From: Gordius albopunctatus
Taxonomy: Eukaryota
DNA length: 64,000 nucleotides
Direction of reading: 5' to 3'
NCBI GenBank assembly: GCA_964276515.1
Contig: OZ193909.1
Location: 5,642,001 to 5,706,000 of the forward strand
In this document: positions 34,753 through 47,432 of the stretch, in pieces
How the letters are laid out: each line of letters opens with the position of its first letter
Numbering within the stretch: position 1 is the first letter of the stretch
Position numbers and translations under genes: made by a program
Notes under the pieces: generated by a model
Databases searched by the model: none
What the model saw: only the letters and a program-made list of their open reading frames with translations
Told to the model about the DNA's origin: nothing

Positions 34753-36289
34753 ATCCGTTTGGCCCTCACCTCGACCCGAAGGAGTCGGGGATTAGTTCCT
34801 AGATGAGCTTGATTTCTCATCGTTGTCCGCCGGCGTTAAGCCCGCTAGGGGCTAAGAGGCCGCTGGCGTTGTATGGGGGTTAGTTCTGTGCGGCCTTACC
34901 ATTAAATTCCGGAAATAGCAATAAAATTCATGTATATATATATGAGTATGAGAAATAATGAAGAGGTGTATGAAGGTATATGGATGCGTAAAATTCCAAA
35001 TAGCCTGTCGTTCTTGACCCAGACTTCTTGATTCGGTCTAAAGTCTCTATATTCTAACCCTCGGTTTCTGTAATATTTTTGTTTCCATAAGTCATCCCCA
35101 ATTCTATCATTGTGCGTCCATTTTAGTTGGTCGAGAGTTGTATGGAGTCTTCGGTTAAACATGCCTTCTCCCGGACTAATACCAGTAGTGGTATTCACAG
35201 TCGTACGCATATTAAATCAAACTTGGAACAAATTTTCATGATCATCTAACCCCTGTCTCCTCCCCACAAAAAATTTGCTTTTAATTGTCCTAATATATTT
35301 CTCCGTCAAACCATTAGTTCTTAGGGTGGTAAGGTGCGCCACGAAAATGTCAAATGCCGTTTGCTTTGCAGAAAGGATGCCAAATATGTAGTATTTTTAA
35401 AATCTCTGATTTCAAACTAGAGGGTATAATTAGTCTATCATTGAAATATAATATGTTATCTTTGCACGATATTTTTTAACTTTTTCATTGGAGACATTAC
35501 GTTGCCAATTATTTTGAAATAATTTTATAACTTCTTTTAGTACATCATCTTCCGAAGTTTCACTTATTAAAGTTTTACGATTAATGGATAAGTCGTCTAT
35601 TAAGTTTAATTTAATTAATTTATCTTCGTGATCCGATTTCGGGTCGGAATAATTTGAAATAGGAATTCGATAAAGCATCCGGACATTTATTCGTTGATCC
35701 AGGTAAATATTTAATATCAAAATCATAGATAAGAGCTTTGCTGCCCATCTAACTAATCGATTATTAGTGACTCTACTTAAATCTCTATTAGAACCAAAAA
35801 TTCTTTCTAAAGGACGATGATCTGTGAATAATGTAAATTTCCTCCCAAAAATGTATTCGTGAAATTTCTGTATGGCGAACATTATAGCAGCAGATTCGCG
35901 GTCAATTACAGAATAATTCCGTTCTGCTGGACTTAGCGTACGAGATACAAAAGCTATCGGTCTTTCTTGACCACTAATAAATTTATGTGCAATTACAGCT
36001 TCTAAACCTTTGTCTGATGCGTCGCATGAAGTTATATGGCTAAATTATTTTGATAAGGGATTATTGTTTTATCCGTTGAAATTAAGTTTTTTATTTGAAG
36101 TGACAAACCAAACAAACGAATTTTTATTTCAAGAACCGCGAGTAATTATAAGCAGACGATAAAATCCTACGCAGACGATAAATTCATATATTTTTAAAAT
36201 AGGTAATTATGTTACAAATAACGAAGCGTATATTCAAATAACTAATTGACTAATAACTGTCACTACAATGCTTGTAACTTTCATAGTGT

Positions 36290-36800
36290 ATATCGTGTTT
36301 CGACTGTCAATTTTTAAACCATATAGTTACTGTTTTGACAACTTTTCGGCCAAATATTTTATCCATTGTCTCTTTGTATAGTACTATATGAACATCATAT
36401 AGCAAGGACAAGGGAGATGGCTTTTGGAAGTTTATCGTTATCTGGTTTACATTTATATCGAATAAAAAAGGTCTTAGTGTAGATCCTTGATTTAATTCAA
36501 GTTCAACCCGAATTGCGAGAAGCGTATCGAGTCATAAACATTTTTTGAAATCGAGATAAAAACATGTCGCTTTTTTCATTTCCCCATATTATATCCATTG
36601 TTTGTTTTCATGCAAAGATCAGGTCGATTGTGGATTTACCGGCCAATACGAATTGGTTATCAGGCTTGTTACTACAATTTTATTTGATACCTCTCTAATT
36701 GCCACACTCCTGAGTGCCTTTGCCTTCGAATAAGTGTTAAAACTGTGGTTGCTCTCCATTGATTTGGAATTTATTCTTTTGCCAATATTTTGTTAACGGT
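36290..36800 (-). mobile_element. RTE-like LINE RT relic
   Basis: Fragments IPNQWR, KGTQECGN*RGIK, NQF..GKSTIDLIF, FYLDFKK; collinear with the relic at 31560-31850 across the Gypsy element. Confidence 0.65.
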
Positions 36801-37058
36801 CATGACTTCTTCCTCCGGCATTCAATAAAGATTTTAAATTAATTCAAAAAGCAATAGTAATTAAATGAGACACGCTGATCAAATTAATTTATGTAAGCCC
36901 GGATGATTAAATTTTTCAAAGCACCTTAACAATTGCAATTGTTTAATATTTTGTATTTTAACTTTGTAAATATAAGGTAAAAATTTTCTGATGTCTTGAC
37001 AATGGTTTTGGGAAACCTGATTTAATGTCCAAGTAAAATCAAATTTAAATTGTAGAAA

Positions 37059-39458
37059 TAGTGATGCGAACTATGCGAGAAAAATCTCGATCTAGTGATG
37101 AGACGAGACTTTGAAAAATTGTACTGAGACCGAGACGAGATTTTATCAACGAGATCTCGGCTTTAAAATTTCTTTTTTGACCATAATGATGATAATATAG
37201 TAAATTTAGTTGTTTAGATTTCAATTTGGAATTTACATTAAAAATGTTGATTGTGAAATTATATAATTGCAATACTTTTAATATGGGATGATTTAAACAC
37301 CCCAGTTAGCCGCGTAGAATTCAAATTTAAAGTGATTTAGCATGCTGAAGAAAATATGAGTGGCCTAAGCCATATAAATAATATTTTAATATATTTATCG
37401 CATATTTACATCCTTAGCATTAGTATATAATGTAAGCATACAGATATATTTAATCAAATATTAAATATGAAGAACGCAAAAATTATATCATCTTGTCTGA
37501 TGTGATGATATTTTTAATCCTTATTTAATTAATCAAAATAATTATATATATTTGGCTACAATAACTACATATTTTTGGAGCACCCCAGCGACCCTGCCGA
37601 TCGATTGTCTTCTAAACATTAGATTATATCATCAGTCTATCAAAAGTTTGTTATTAATTAAGTCATGGTACACCGCTGAAATTCTCAAGCCATAAATAAT
37701 ATAACTTACAATAGCGTTGGAAGGTAAAATCTAATACTCTAAACTCTCTATGTTTTCTAATAGACTAGAATATATGAGCATAAGTTTTATTACAAAATAT
37801 TTTAGAGGTAAATTATTCAAAAAATGGACCAAGTAAATTTTATGGGACATAATATGAGCTCCTTAACTATTATAAAATCGTTTACCTTTTAATTTAAAAG
37901 TATTTGTCATAAAATTTTATATGTGAAATTCATCGAAAAGCTAAAAACTCTTATATTCCTATTCCAGTAAATGTCGTATCCGAAGATTTGTCCCACCCCC
38001 CATGCTTATTTACAAGTTCATTCATTACAAGATTCTTTTGATCTTACGAGCCGCGCCATACAACATCTGTTTACTGATTATATACATAGCACTGAACCCT
38101 ACCACTTCAAAGGCGGTACGTTTCCTTTACACTTGATTTTATTTACGCGTATGTTATTCCCCCCCCCCCCGACGCGCTTATACGTATTTGTTATTTCTCC
38201 CCACGATATTATTATTGCACGCGTCATTGATCTTAATAACGCGATTCGATTAATTAATATAATTTTTCTTCTCTCTTAGTTTTTTTATAATGAATAAAAT
38301 AAAATAACAGGCCATGTAAGTGTTAATGAATTTAAGTAGATATTTATGCCGGCTCTATCCCCCCACCTCGTAATCCACCTAAATCACCGCTCGGATATAT
38401 ACTTTAAAATAAAAATAGTAAAATATTATCCTCGTAGGAATACGAAAATGGTGTCAGAAGAATTAAATAAATCTATTTAAAAACGTATTTTTATAAATAC
38501 GAAAGTAACATTACTACTTTTGTTAGTGTTTTTAAAACGCTGTAATGCGTGCAACTAATTTTATATGTAACTTTCATATTCCTAAGACTTCAATTTAAAC
38601 GTGCTAAGAATACTATCAAAAATGATTTTAAGGAAGGGTAACCAGCAGGAATATAGTTAGATTTTAATATATTGGGAGATGGCCGGGCGGTGGATAAAAG
38701 TTTGCCATGGGGGATATGGCCGGGGAGAACCTTTTCCCAAAAAGAATATACTTAATTTTTTTAAAACCTTACATGGCAGGTTATTTTAGTTTATTAATTA
38801 TAAAACTAAGAAGAAAAATTATAATATCGATATAAAAATTATCCATACGATAACGCGCGTATATCGAAATCACTGATGCGTGTTGATAGAAATAACAAAC
38901 ACGTACATGCGCGTGGGGGGGGGGGGGAAATAGAGGTATGCTACACATTAAATAGCAGGTCCAGGGAAAGGAGATTGTGTAGACATAAATAAATTTACAT
39001 TCTAAAGAACAAAAGAGAACAAGAGTCAAAACATATGTTTAATATAATATGTATCAATACAAACTTAACTTCGTATACGACAGTAACATAAAAAATATTT
39101 ACTCCTCGTACCTTTTAGGTTTCTATAACAATATAGTAAACATGCGATAGATTCTTTAGGAACGAACTGATAGGATAAGAGCTAGTTCAAAGATGTCAAG
39201 TAAATGTTTCTAAAGGGTTTTGTCTAAAAAATGGTTCGCCATTTTGATTAAATATTTTTTTATATTTTTAAATTTATTTAAACAAATAAAAAAAAATCAG
39301 ATTGTAATAAAAAAAAATTGAAAATCGAGACAAGTCGATTTTTCGTCGAGACGAGATCGAGATTTTTTAGGCTTAGACGAGACCAGATCGAGACTTTCAA
39401 AATGACGTCTGAAAAAAAACGAGATTTTTCTTGAGACCAAGTCGAGATCGAAACACTA
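37059..39458. mobile_element. Non-autonomous hAT element related to 7601-9041 (opposite orientation)
   Basis: TAGTGATGCG ... GAAACACTA termini, CGAGA subterminal repeats, degenerate TSD TGTAGAAA/ATTAGAAG. Confidence 0.7.
38150..38930. mobile_element. Foldback/long-TIR element nested in the hAT element
   Basis: Diverged ~200-bp inverted arms (38150-38345 vs 38745-38930) including poly-C/poly-G and GCCATGTAAG/CTTACATGGC; true ends not resolved. Confidence 0.6.
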
Positions 39459-40068
39459 ATTAGAAGAAGTTGCGTACGCCATATATTTGTATCCTATTTT
39501 TAATGCCTGAGATATCACTCTCACTATCCATAGTATGTATTTGATATTTCTATTAATTATACCCCACCCCACACTTAATATTCGGAATTTGTAAAATATG
39601 ATAGAAAATACCGTTGAATTTTCTCGCAAAACACGGAAATTTTAGATCTCTATTTGCACAAACCTGCCCCTTTTCTTGTGATCATTGTACAGAGATCTAG
39701 AGCCTCATCTTTTATACTGGCATAAACATCCCGATCTCAAACGAGGAAGAGATGATTTAACCATATGACATTTTTATTCCCATCAACTTGACAAAAAATA
39801 CTTTGAATAAATTATCGCGTTTGAGATATTTATTAATATATAATTAGGATACTATGAAGGCTAAATAAAATTATAAAAATATTAACAATTGTTATTTTAA
39901 GAACACAAAAAGGTGTTAAAATATTTGATTTTTATGTGCGAAGAGGGAACTTCATGAAGGGTGAGAGCCTTGAGTTTGCGCACTCATAAGAGGAGGAGGC
40001 TCGTTTAATTAGTAAACGACAGTAAATTGTATTGTATTGTAATACATACCAAACGAATCGAGGGTTAA

Positions 40069-40718
40069 GAGAGCCCTGCACGGGCCGCCCGAACTCGACC
40101 CGATTGGGCTTCGGGGCGGGCTCGGGCAGAATTAAATAAAACAATCGGCCTCGGGTCTGGCCTGATGAGGTGGCACGACCCGACGCCCGAGCCCGCCCCA
40201 AATTGACTAAGGCAATGAAATATGATCTAAACAAACTCAACTAGATATTAAAAAATTATCTTCGTACACCATAGATAATATTTCCACGTCAGCTTTTTTC
40301 CCCTGTATATTAAACTGGTATTTAAATATATTCCTAGTAGCCGTTACATTGGAATTAAAATAAATAAATATTTTAGAAAGGTGTTTTTTCTGGAACTGTT
40401 AGGTAAATATATTTTAATAGTTAGATATCCATTTAGTTGAATAAATTGTAGCGAGTGAAGATGAAAATTTTATTTTAAATTTATCCTAGTTGTAAATTAG
40501 GAGTAATAACAATTTAATGCTTTATGTATTTATATGGTAAAATAATTTTCAAAAATTTTCAAATATTTTTTTTAAATTTTCTATTTGAAAAATCAGGTCG
40601 GGCTCGGGTCGGGCACAAAAATAAAAAGTCGTTCGGGCTCGGGCCGAGCTCGGACAAAATAAAAAATGAGACGTCGGGCCGGGCTCGGGCAGAAAAATTT
40701 TTATTTTGCAGGGCTCTA
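40069..40718. mobile_element. hAT MITE (TAGAGCCCTGCA-TIR family)
   Basis: Highly similar to 53734-54365; ends GAGAGCCCTGCA / TGCAGGGCTCTA. Confidence 0.85.
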
Positions 40719-42327
40719 CCAATGGGTGAGTAAGAACGGGCTAAATTTAAACAGGCATGGATCGGGCGGGTCAAACAAGTTTCAAACCCGATATTTCGTA
40801 GACGGAAATTTAATTTAATACATTTAATCTGAACCGACCACAAACTAGTCTTTAGAGTTCTTTTGAATTTTTACTTCAAATATGGATTCTTATTTTTGAA
40901 GCAAACATTTTTTATGACATAGAATTATATACCCTTAATTCATACATTAAATAAGAAATGGTGTTATATTTATCTTAACTATGCAATTTTCATTCATTTA
41001 TTTTGCAATTCGTGCTATCTAGTATATAACTACACTTTTGTATAATTTTTATGAGTAGCTTCTTTATTTAAGACTAATTAACAAGAGTTTCAGATATTTC
41101 ATTATGCAATTTAAATTTGGATAAAATGCTTGAAAGTTTCCGAACGGGTACGGGCGGGCCTATATTGCACAAAAAAATATGAACGGGCTTGGGCGGGTCT
41201 CTAATAATGGCCCTTTGCAGATCTTTAATGTCTATCATTTAAGAGTAGGGCATATTAAGGGGGGGGAGGTCCAATTAATATGCGTGGTCTCAAATACATA
41301 CGAAAGAGATTTGGAGGGGGAATTTATGACGGGTATTAAACTACTATTGTAAAGAGTATCTTCTCTCTGTCCTTACGTACATGACAATGTCAGACACAAT
41401 AAAGAAGCCATAATTCAAAGCTCTCAGAAGATAATTTATGCACTTTTGAGATTATAGGATCCTTTCTAGGAGGGGCTCTTCAATGGTGTATTCGTTTCCC
41501 TAGAACAATGTTCTTCTGGAGTTTACCGACCTATTAGCTACTCTCTCTCTGAAAAGAATAAAAATTCTCTATTTGGTGCCGAGGGCTAAAAAAATATAAA
41601 GACTAAACAAGTTTCAATAATTTTTCTACTTTGATCAGCAAACCTTATCTTAATTCCATATCCACGCATTATTAGATAAAAAATCTCATTATTAATAAAT
41701 CATATTTTTTTTTTGCAAAATCTTAGAAACTTTGCAAAGATTGTCTTGATAATTTTACATCAGATTAGTTATATATGCTCGACGCATTATAAATTTATTG
41801 GTTCGTATGAATTATTTATATTGTCATATTTTGTGCATGTTTCTCAGTAGATTTTTGAAGCAATATTTTCTATTCTAGCTTCATTTAATTTACATAATTT
41901 GAAATTTATCTGCAATGGAAAATTTACCTAAAGATTGCAAGTTGAAAAAGATAAAATTTGGATTGTTTATATACTCTATCATTTGTTAGATTCTTTTAGT
42001 TTTAAATTTTATATATGCTATTATTATAATATTAAATTACAAGAATGCATTAGTCTTTTGCTTTATTTTTATAATTTTTACGATTTAAACTTATTAGTAT
42101 TTTTTAAAATTAAAATTATTTTGCTGCTTGGTCAAACCAATCTGATTTTCTTTAGCAGTACATCCACATTTCTACTTTAAGGTAAAATCCATGTGATTTT
42201 TAGAATGATGCACATTTTTTTCAGATTATTATTTATCTAATAATAATTTGGTAGCATGTGCTATAATATATTATTTTATAAAATGCTATGATAAATGGCA
42301 AATTTTTATAAAATTTTACAATTCTAG

Positions 42328-42794
42328 ATGGTGAGGACCAACGTGTTGGCAGATGCTTTAAAAACTATAAATAATGGAGAACGCAAGGGCAAAAGACAGG
42401 TTCTAATAAGACCTTCCTCCAAAGTCATTATAAAATTCTTAACAGTTATGATGAAGCATGGTACGTTTATTTTTATTTAATCTACATTGGCAAAGGTTAT
42501 ATTGGTGAATTTGAGTATGTTGATGATCATAGATCAGGAAAAATAGTTGTCAATTTAATAGGAAGAATAAACAAAGTACTTTTTAACTAAAACAATTTAT
42601 ATTTCTAATTAAAGTGTGGCGTTATCAGTCCAAGATTTGATGTCCCATTAAGAAGCCTTGAAAAATGGACCTCAAATCTTCTCCCTTCTCGCCAATTTGG
42701 TTATATTGTTTTAACAACTTCTTCTGGTATAATGGATCATGAAGAAGCAAGGAGGAAGCATGCTGGAGGGAAAATTCTTGGGTTCTTTTTTTGA
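42328..42794 (+). CDS. RPS15A: 40S ribosomal protein S15a (uS8), 130 aa
   Basis: Exons 42328-42460, 42496-42575, 42615-42794 give [81 protein letters not shown]...[44 protein letters not shown] at 42821; acceptor AG immediately before ATG. Confidence 0.98.
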
Positions 42795-44009
42795 ACATGC
42801 CTTAGAAAATGTTTATTTATAATAAAGATTGAATTCCTTAAGCAGAATTATTTTTTGATATTATTTAGTGATTCATCCTAGTTAATTTTTAACCTAATTT
42901 ACTTAATTTCAATGTTCAACATGCTATAAAAGGATAGGTGTTGATATAGAAGCACCTGCCTTGTCACCCCATCCCCTCCTTAAATATTGTAGTTATGGCT
43001 AAAACCTCAGAAACAGAAATATTTTGTTGTTAATGAATCATTACTTTCTGGCTTATGGCTAAGCTTTTGTTAAGGAGAAAATTGAATACACATTCTTTAT
43101 TGAGTCATTATCAAATATAAATATTTTACCAAAATTTGTTTCAAATTTTATTATTTTTTAATGGCAGAATTTGTAATCTAATATTGTTGAAAAATTAATA
43201 GTTATATCAACATTTTTTTATATACTTTCTACCTAAACTTTACTCTTATTTTTACAATGATGATCTGCTGATGGATTTTCTTCTATTACAATAATGGATT
43301 TTTTGATTATTAAGTGTTTTTTATATTAAATTATTAAGAAAGTGTGTTAAAATAATCAAAATCTACTGACATAAAATTGATCTCAGATTATGCAAAAAAA
43401 ATTTAATAGGGCATATCAAAAGGATGAGAGTACTGTTGTAAAACATCTGTGTCAAACTTTGAAATTAATCTTTTACCATCAATGGCTCAAAATTTTCAGA
43501 GGGCCTTCATCTTTATTGTGGTTGACATTATGTACTTTCATTAAAATACAATTAAATGATAAGATTTTGGCATTGTTAAGAGAATGCTTCCCCCAAACCA
43601 GGTTAAATTGGGCCAAATTAATATCATTTAAAAATCTTCCTAATGACATAAGAGTTATTATATGATTCAAGCTTACCACTCATAATAAAATGGGTACTTT
43701 CTTCATATTACTTAACCTGGAATCATGTTGAATCCTTATTTCACTATTACATTTAAAAAAAGACTGAACTGGTTTTTCCCTAATAAAAATATTACTTATT
43801 TCTAACTTTGATATATTTTGCTCTCTTAATTTCATGTTTTTAATGGATATGTATTTAGAGTGCTGACGTAGCCTAAAACAAGTCCTTTTCAATAGAACAT
43901 TCACAAATTAATTTTTAAGAACCTTATCAAAACATAGTAAGAGGAAAATTTAATAGTGAATGTTTATATTATATTGATTTTAAATAGCCATCACAACCTA
44001 AATGATTGA

Positions 44010-44400
44010 TTTTTTAAATAACTCCTAAAGTTCTCGAATGAATGCCACCAAATTTGGCCATCCTAGATGGTTTATATCAGCTATAACCCTTTTTAGTTGT
44101 GTATACCGCCATCTAGCGGACAAGAGATACTACATTTTTTTGTACTTATTTTTCGTTATGTTGCTACTTTTTGCCTTAAACTTTTTTCCACAATTGCTGT
44201 CTCATTTGTATCTCAATCTTTTACTCAAATACGCGCGTTTTTTTACAATATATAAAACTGTAACAAATAAATATTCTCGATACCTTAAAACATCAACGTT
44301 TTCTTGAATAAATATAACGCGTGCTTTTACAAACTCGTGGTTTCTCCTTTGTACTCTACCGTACGCGTTGCATTTTATACGAGATACGTTTCTTGACAAT
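44010..44400 (+). mobile_element. Helitron 5'-region fragment
   Basis: Homologous to the reverse complement of 19410-19625 (GCCACCAAATTTGGC, CCTTAAACTTTTTTCCAC). Confidence 0.6.
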
Positions 44401-44766
44401 TTTTTAACTTATTGGTCCCCTTTAGCTCATGTGCTGTATAACAATGTCACCTATATTCAATAGAAATATCGTACGTTTTTAGTCGAGAGGCTAGTAACTC
44501 TGATAACGATTTAGTGTGACTAAAATGTTTCTGTCTAGCTCTATGCGGTTTAATCAAAAAAGCTACTTTTGACCCGCATGTGACCGTCAATCGCTATCCG
44601 TCATTGTTCTTGATTGATCAGCTGGTATCGAACGGTGCGATGACGCTGTGATATTTAACATTATGTATGAATGTTTCAGCTGAAGGGTAATGCCCGTTCA
44701 TAGGGACGGTAGGGCTAAGCCCGAAGGAATTCTGTCGGTACAGAGCAATGCGTATATGCCCTTTAT

Positions 44767-46843
44767 TTCCTTAAAGATTCCGTTGTCCATTTAGGTCATA
44801 AAATTAGCTCTAAAGGCATTCAACCTACGGAAGAGAAAGTTTTGGCCTTAAGGAACTGCAAAAGACCAACAAACAAATCGGAACTCAAAGGATTCTTAGG
44901 GTTATTAAATTATTTAGGAAGATTTATACCGATGCTGCAACTACAATGCGTCATATTACACAATCTGCCAAAAAAGTACTCTAAATGGGAATGGGGAAAA
45001 GAGGAAGAAGAATGTTTTGATAAATTAAAGACCCTAATATCAAAAGAGGATAGCGTGGTTCCTTATTCACTAAATAAACCAATAGTGTTATATACAGATG
45101 CATGTGATACAGGACTGGGGGGGGTACTAATGCACGCGGAGTCTGATGGGAAAGAAAAGCCCATAGCGTATGCATCAAGAGTTTTAACCTCGGCAGAAAA
45201 GGAGTATTCCACTATCGATAAAGAAGCTTTAGGTATCATATACGCCGTTAATAAATTTCATCAACACCTCTATGGGAGAACATTCCTATTAAGAACAGAT
45301 CACCGACCTTTGCAATATATATTTGGTCGCCAAGGACATCACCATAATTGCAACTTACGATTACAAAGATAGAGTACAAAATTAATGGCATACGATTTTA
45401 AAGTTGAGTATATATCTGGTGATAGGAACCAAATAGCAGATTCATTATCTCGGTTACCTACCCTTGTAGATGTCAGTGAAGACATTCACATACACATGAT
45501 TGAAGACTCATAATTTGATAGGAAGACGTTGGTGGAAGGTACAAGGAGGAATACAAGATTAAATTCTGTTATTGATATGATTCGTTGCAATTGGAGCAAA
45601 GCCGCCAACGATGCAACTATTCGCAAGTTATTTTACCCAAAGAAAAATGAATTATCCGTTGAAAATAACTTACTCTACTGGCAAAATCGGTTAGTGGTCC
45701 CAGAAAATTTAAAACAAGATGTGCTCGAGAATCTGCACACAGGACATCCGGGTATATCGGGCATGATCGACCTAGCAAAATTTTATTGTTGGTGGCCAAA
45801 TATTAACGATGATATTGAAAATTTTGTTCAGAGCTGCCAACAAACGCTACCGAATATGGCCGAATCTCCCTTATATTTATGGCCTACTACGGAAGAGTAA
45901 ACGGACCGCGTACATATCGATTTGCTGGACCAGTTAACCAAAAGTATTGGTTAGTATTAATGGATGCGTATTTGAAATGGCCAGAAGTAAAGATTTTAAA
46001 TTCGATACATTCAGGTGGAATTATCAAGGCGTTGCGGGAATGGTTTGCACGGTTAGGAGTGCCTAGGGTCATAGTTACGGACAATGGGGGTCAATTTACA
46101 GGACAAGAATTCGCAATTTTCACAAGAGAAAATGGAATTAAGCACGTTCGGACATCCCCATATCACCCAAAATCTAATGACTTATGTGAAAGATTCATTA
46201 AGACTTTGAAAATGGGGTTTTACGCTACTTTTAAAACTAACCGAGATGAAGAAAAGTCGATGGCTCAAGTCTTGATGACTTATAGACTGACTCCCCATAA
46301 TACTACCAGCGTTTCCCCTAGTGAATTAATGTTGAGAAAAAGAATAAGGTCCTCCTTGGATCAACTACGTCGTTCTGGGAGAGAGATTACAGTAGATAAT
46401 ACGTGGAAGCAGAAATACTATCACGATAGGAAGGCTCTTTATCGTACTTTTGAGGAAGGAGATAAAGTGTGGGTAAAAAATGAAATGGAAAAAGGTTGGC
46501 ACGCTGGAGTAGGTCTTACGACATCTGGGCTGAAGGGCGAGTAAAGCGGAAACATGCAGACCATATAGGAAAAGCATGGGGGAATTTAACGAACTGGATA
46601 GGGGCCGATGACGAGAGAGAAGGACGAGAACAAGTAACCATGGCAATTAGTCCACGACCGCAGCGACGACGCCAACCTCCAAGAAGATACGATGAAGAAT
46701 ATTATTAACTTAGGGGGGACTATTGTAATATATTGTTAAGCGTTCCTTCTGTATATATATACTTCTATGTTACATATGTTCCTTGGTTCTAAATACATTA
46801 CGATTGTTCTACGTTATTATTCCATACCTTAATAAATACTACA
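44767..46843 (+). mobile_element. 5'-truncated Gypsy (Mag-like) element: RT end, RNase H, integrase, 3' LTR
   Basis: HLGHKISSKGI, FLGLLNY, TDAC..GLGGVL, TDHRPL, HTGHPG, TDNGGQF, VWVKNE; PPT AGGGGGGA at ~46712; probable LTR 46724-46843 (TG..CA). Confidence 0.9.
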
Positions 46844-47092
46844 ATACCATCGTTGTCAGGGCAAAGGTTACCGTTTTGCATTTTATGAAAGATACGCCTA
46901 ATGACAATTTTATAACTTAGTGATGTCGTTGGTGCCCGTGTCGGCGCCGATAGCTGATGTGTGGTATAGCGATGTCACCTATATTTAATGTAAATATCGT
47001 ACGATTTTGGTCGAGAGGCTAATAACTCTGATTGAGAAGCGGCCTGAACGACTTAGGGTGGCGAAGATGTTTCCGTCTCGCTCTATGGGGGA

Positions 47093-47400
47093 TAGAGCCC
47101 TGCTAAATGAAATTTCATCCCCCCGAGCCCGACTTCTCAATTTTTATTTTGCCCCGCCCGACCCCCAAAGCATTTTTTTTGGCCCGACCCGAGCCCGGCC
47201 CAATTTTTTAAATAAAATTTTTTTAAAATTATATATTAAAAAATTTCACTTTCTAAATATAAAATTCATTAGATTGTTATTACTCGCAATTTACAACTAG
47301 GATAAGTTTGAAATAAAAATCCATATTCACTCATTACAATTTATTTAGTTATTGAAACTAAAAATCTAATTTTATAAAAAAAAATATTTTTAAGTGTTCC
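47093..47400. mobile_element. Truncated TAGAGCCCTGCA-family MITE
   Basis: One TIR plus sequence matching the reverse complement of the right part of 53734-54365. Confidence 0.7.
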
Positions 47401-47432
47401 AAATAAAAAACTTTTTTAAATATCAACCTATC

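Larger units (their letters stand above)
32217..35004 (-). mobile_element. Terminally redundant DIRS-related retroelement lacking a visible integrase or tyrosine recombinase
   Basis: Direct repeats 34925-35004 and 32217-32288; GC-rich interior with a gag-like ORF and an overlapping pol that runs to within ~55 nt of the 3' repeat. Confidence 0.8.
31855..36267 (-). mobile_element. Internally deleted Gypsy LTR element hosting a nested retroelement
   Basis: Direct ~172-bp LTRs 31855-32026 and 36096-36267 (TG..CA); PPT next to 32026; RNase H (CDASDKG, RPIAFVSRTL, TDHRPL) and integrase tail (VWVKND ... RHPDQMR). Gag, PR, RT and PBS are absent; no TSD seen. Confidence 0.88.

Noticed and set aside
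43257..43369. C/D box snoRNA candidate (ATGATGA ... CTGA)
   Set aside because: Weak terminal stem, no recognisable rRNA guide, very AT-rich background.
44106..44119. CTCF-like motif CCGCTAGATGGCGG
   Set aside because: Lies in a Helitron 5' fragment; a single match with no independent support.
5788..46708. Stop-codon reassignment to explain in-frame stops in TE ORFs
   Set aside because: Host genes translate cleanly with the standard code and end in TAA/TGA; TE stops come with frameshifts, indicating decay.
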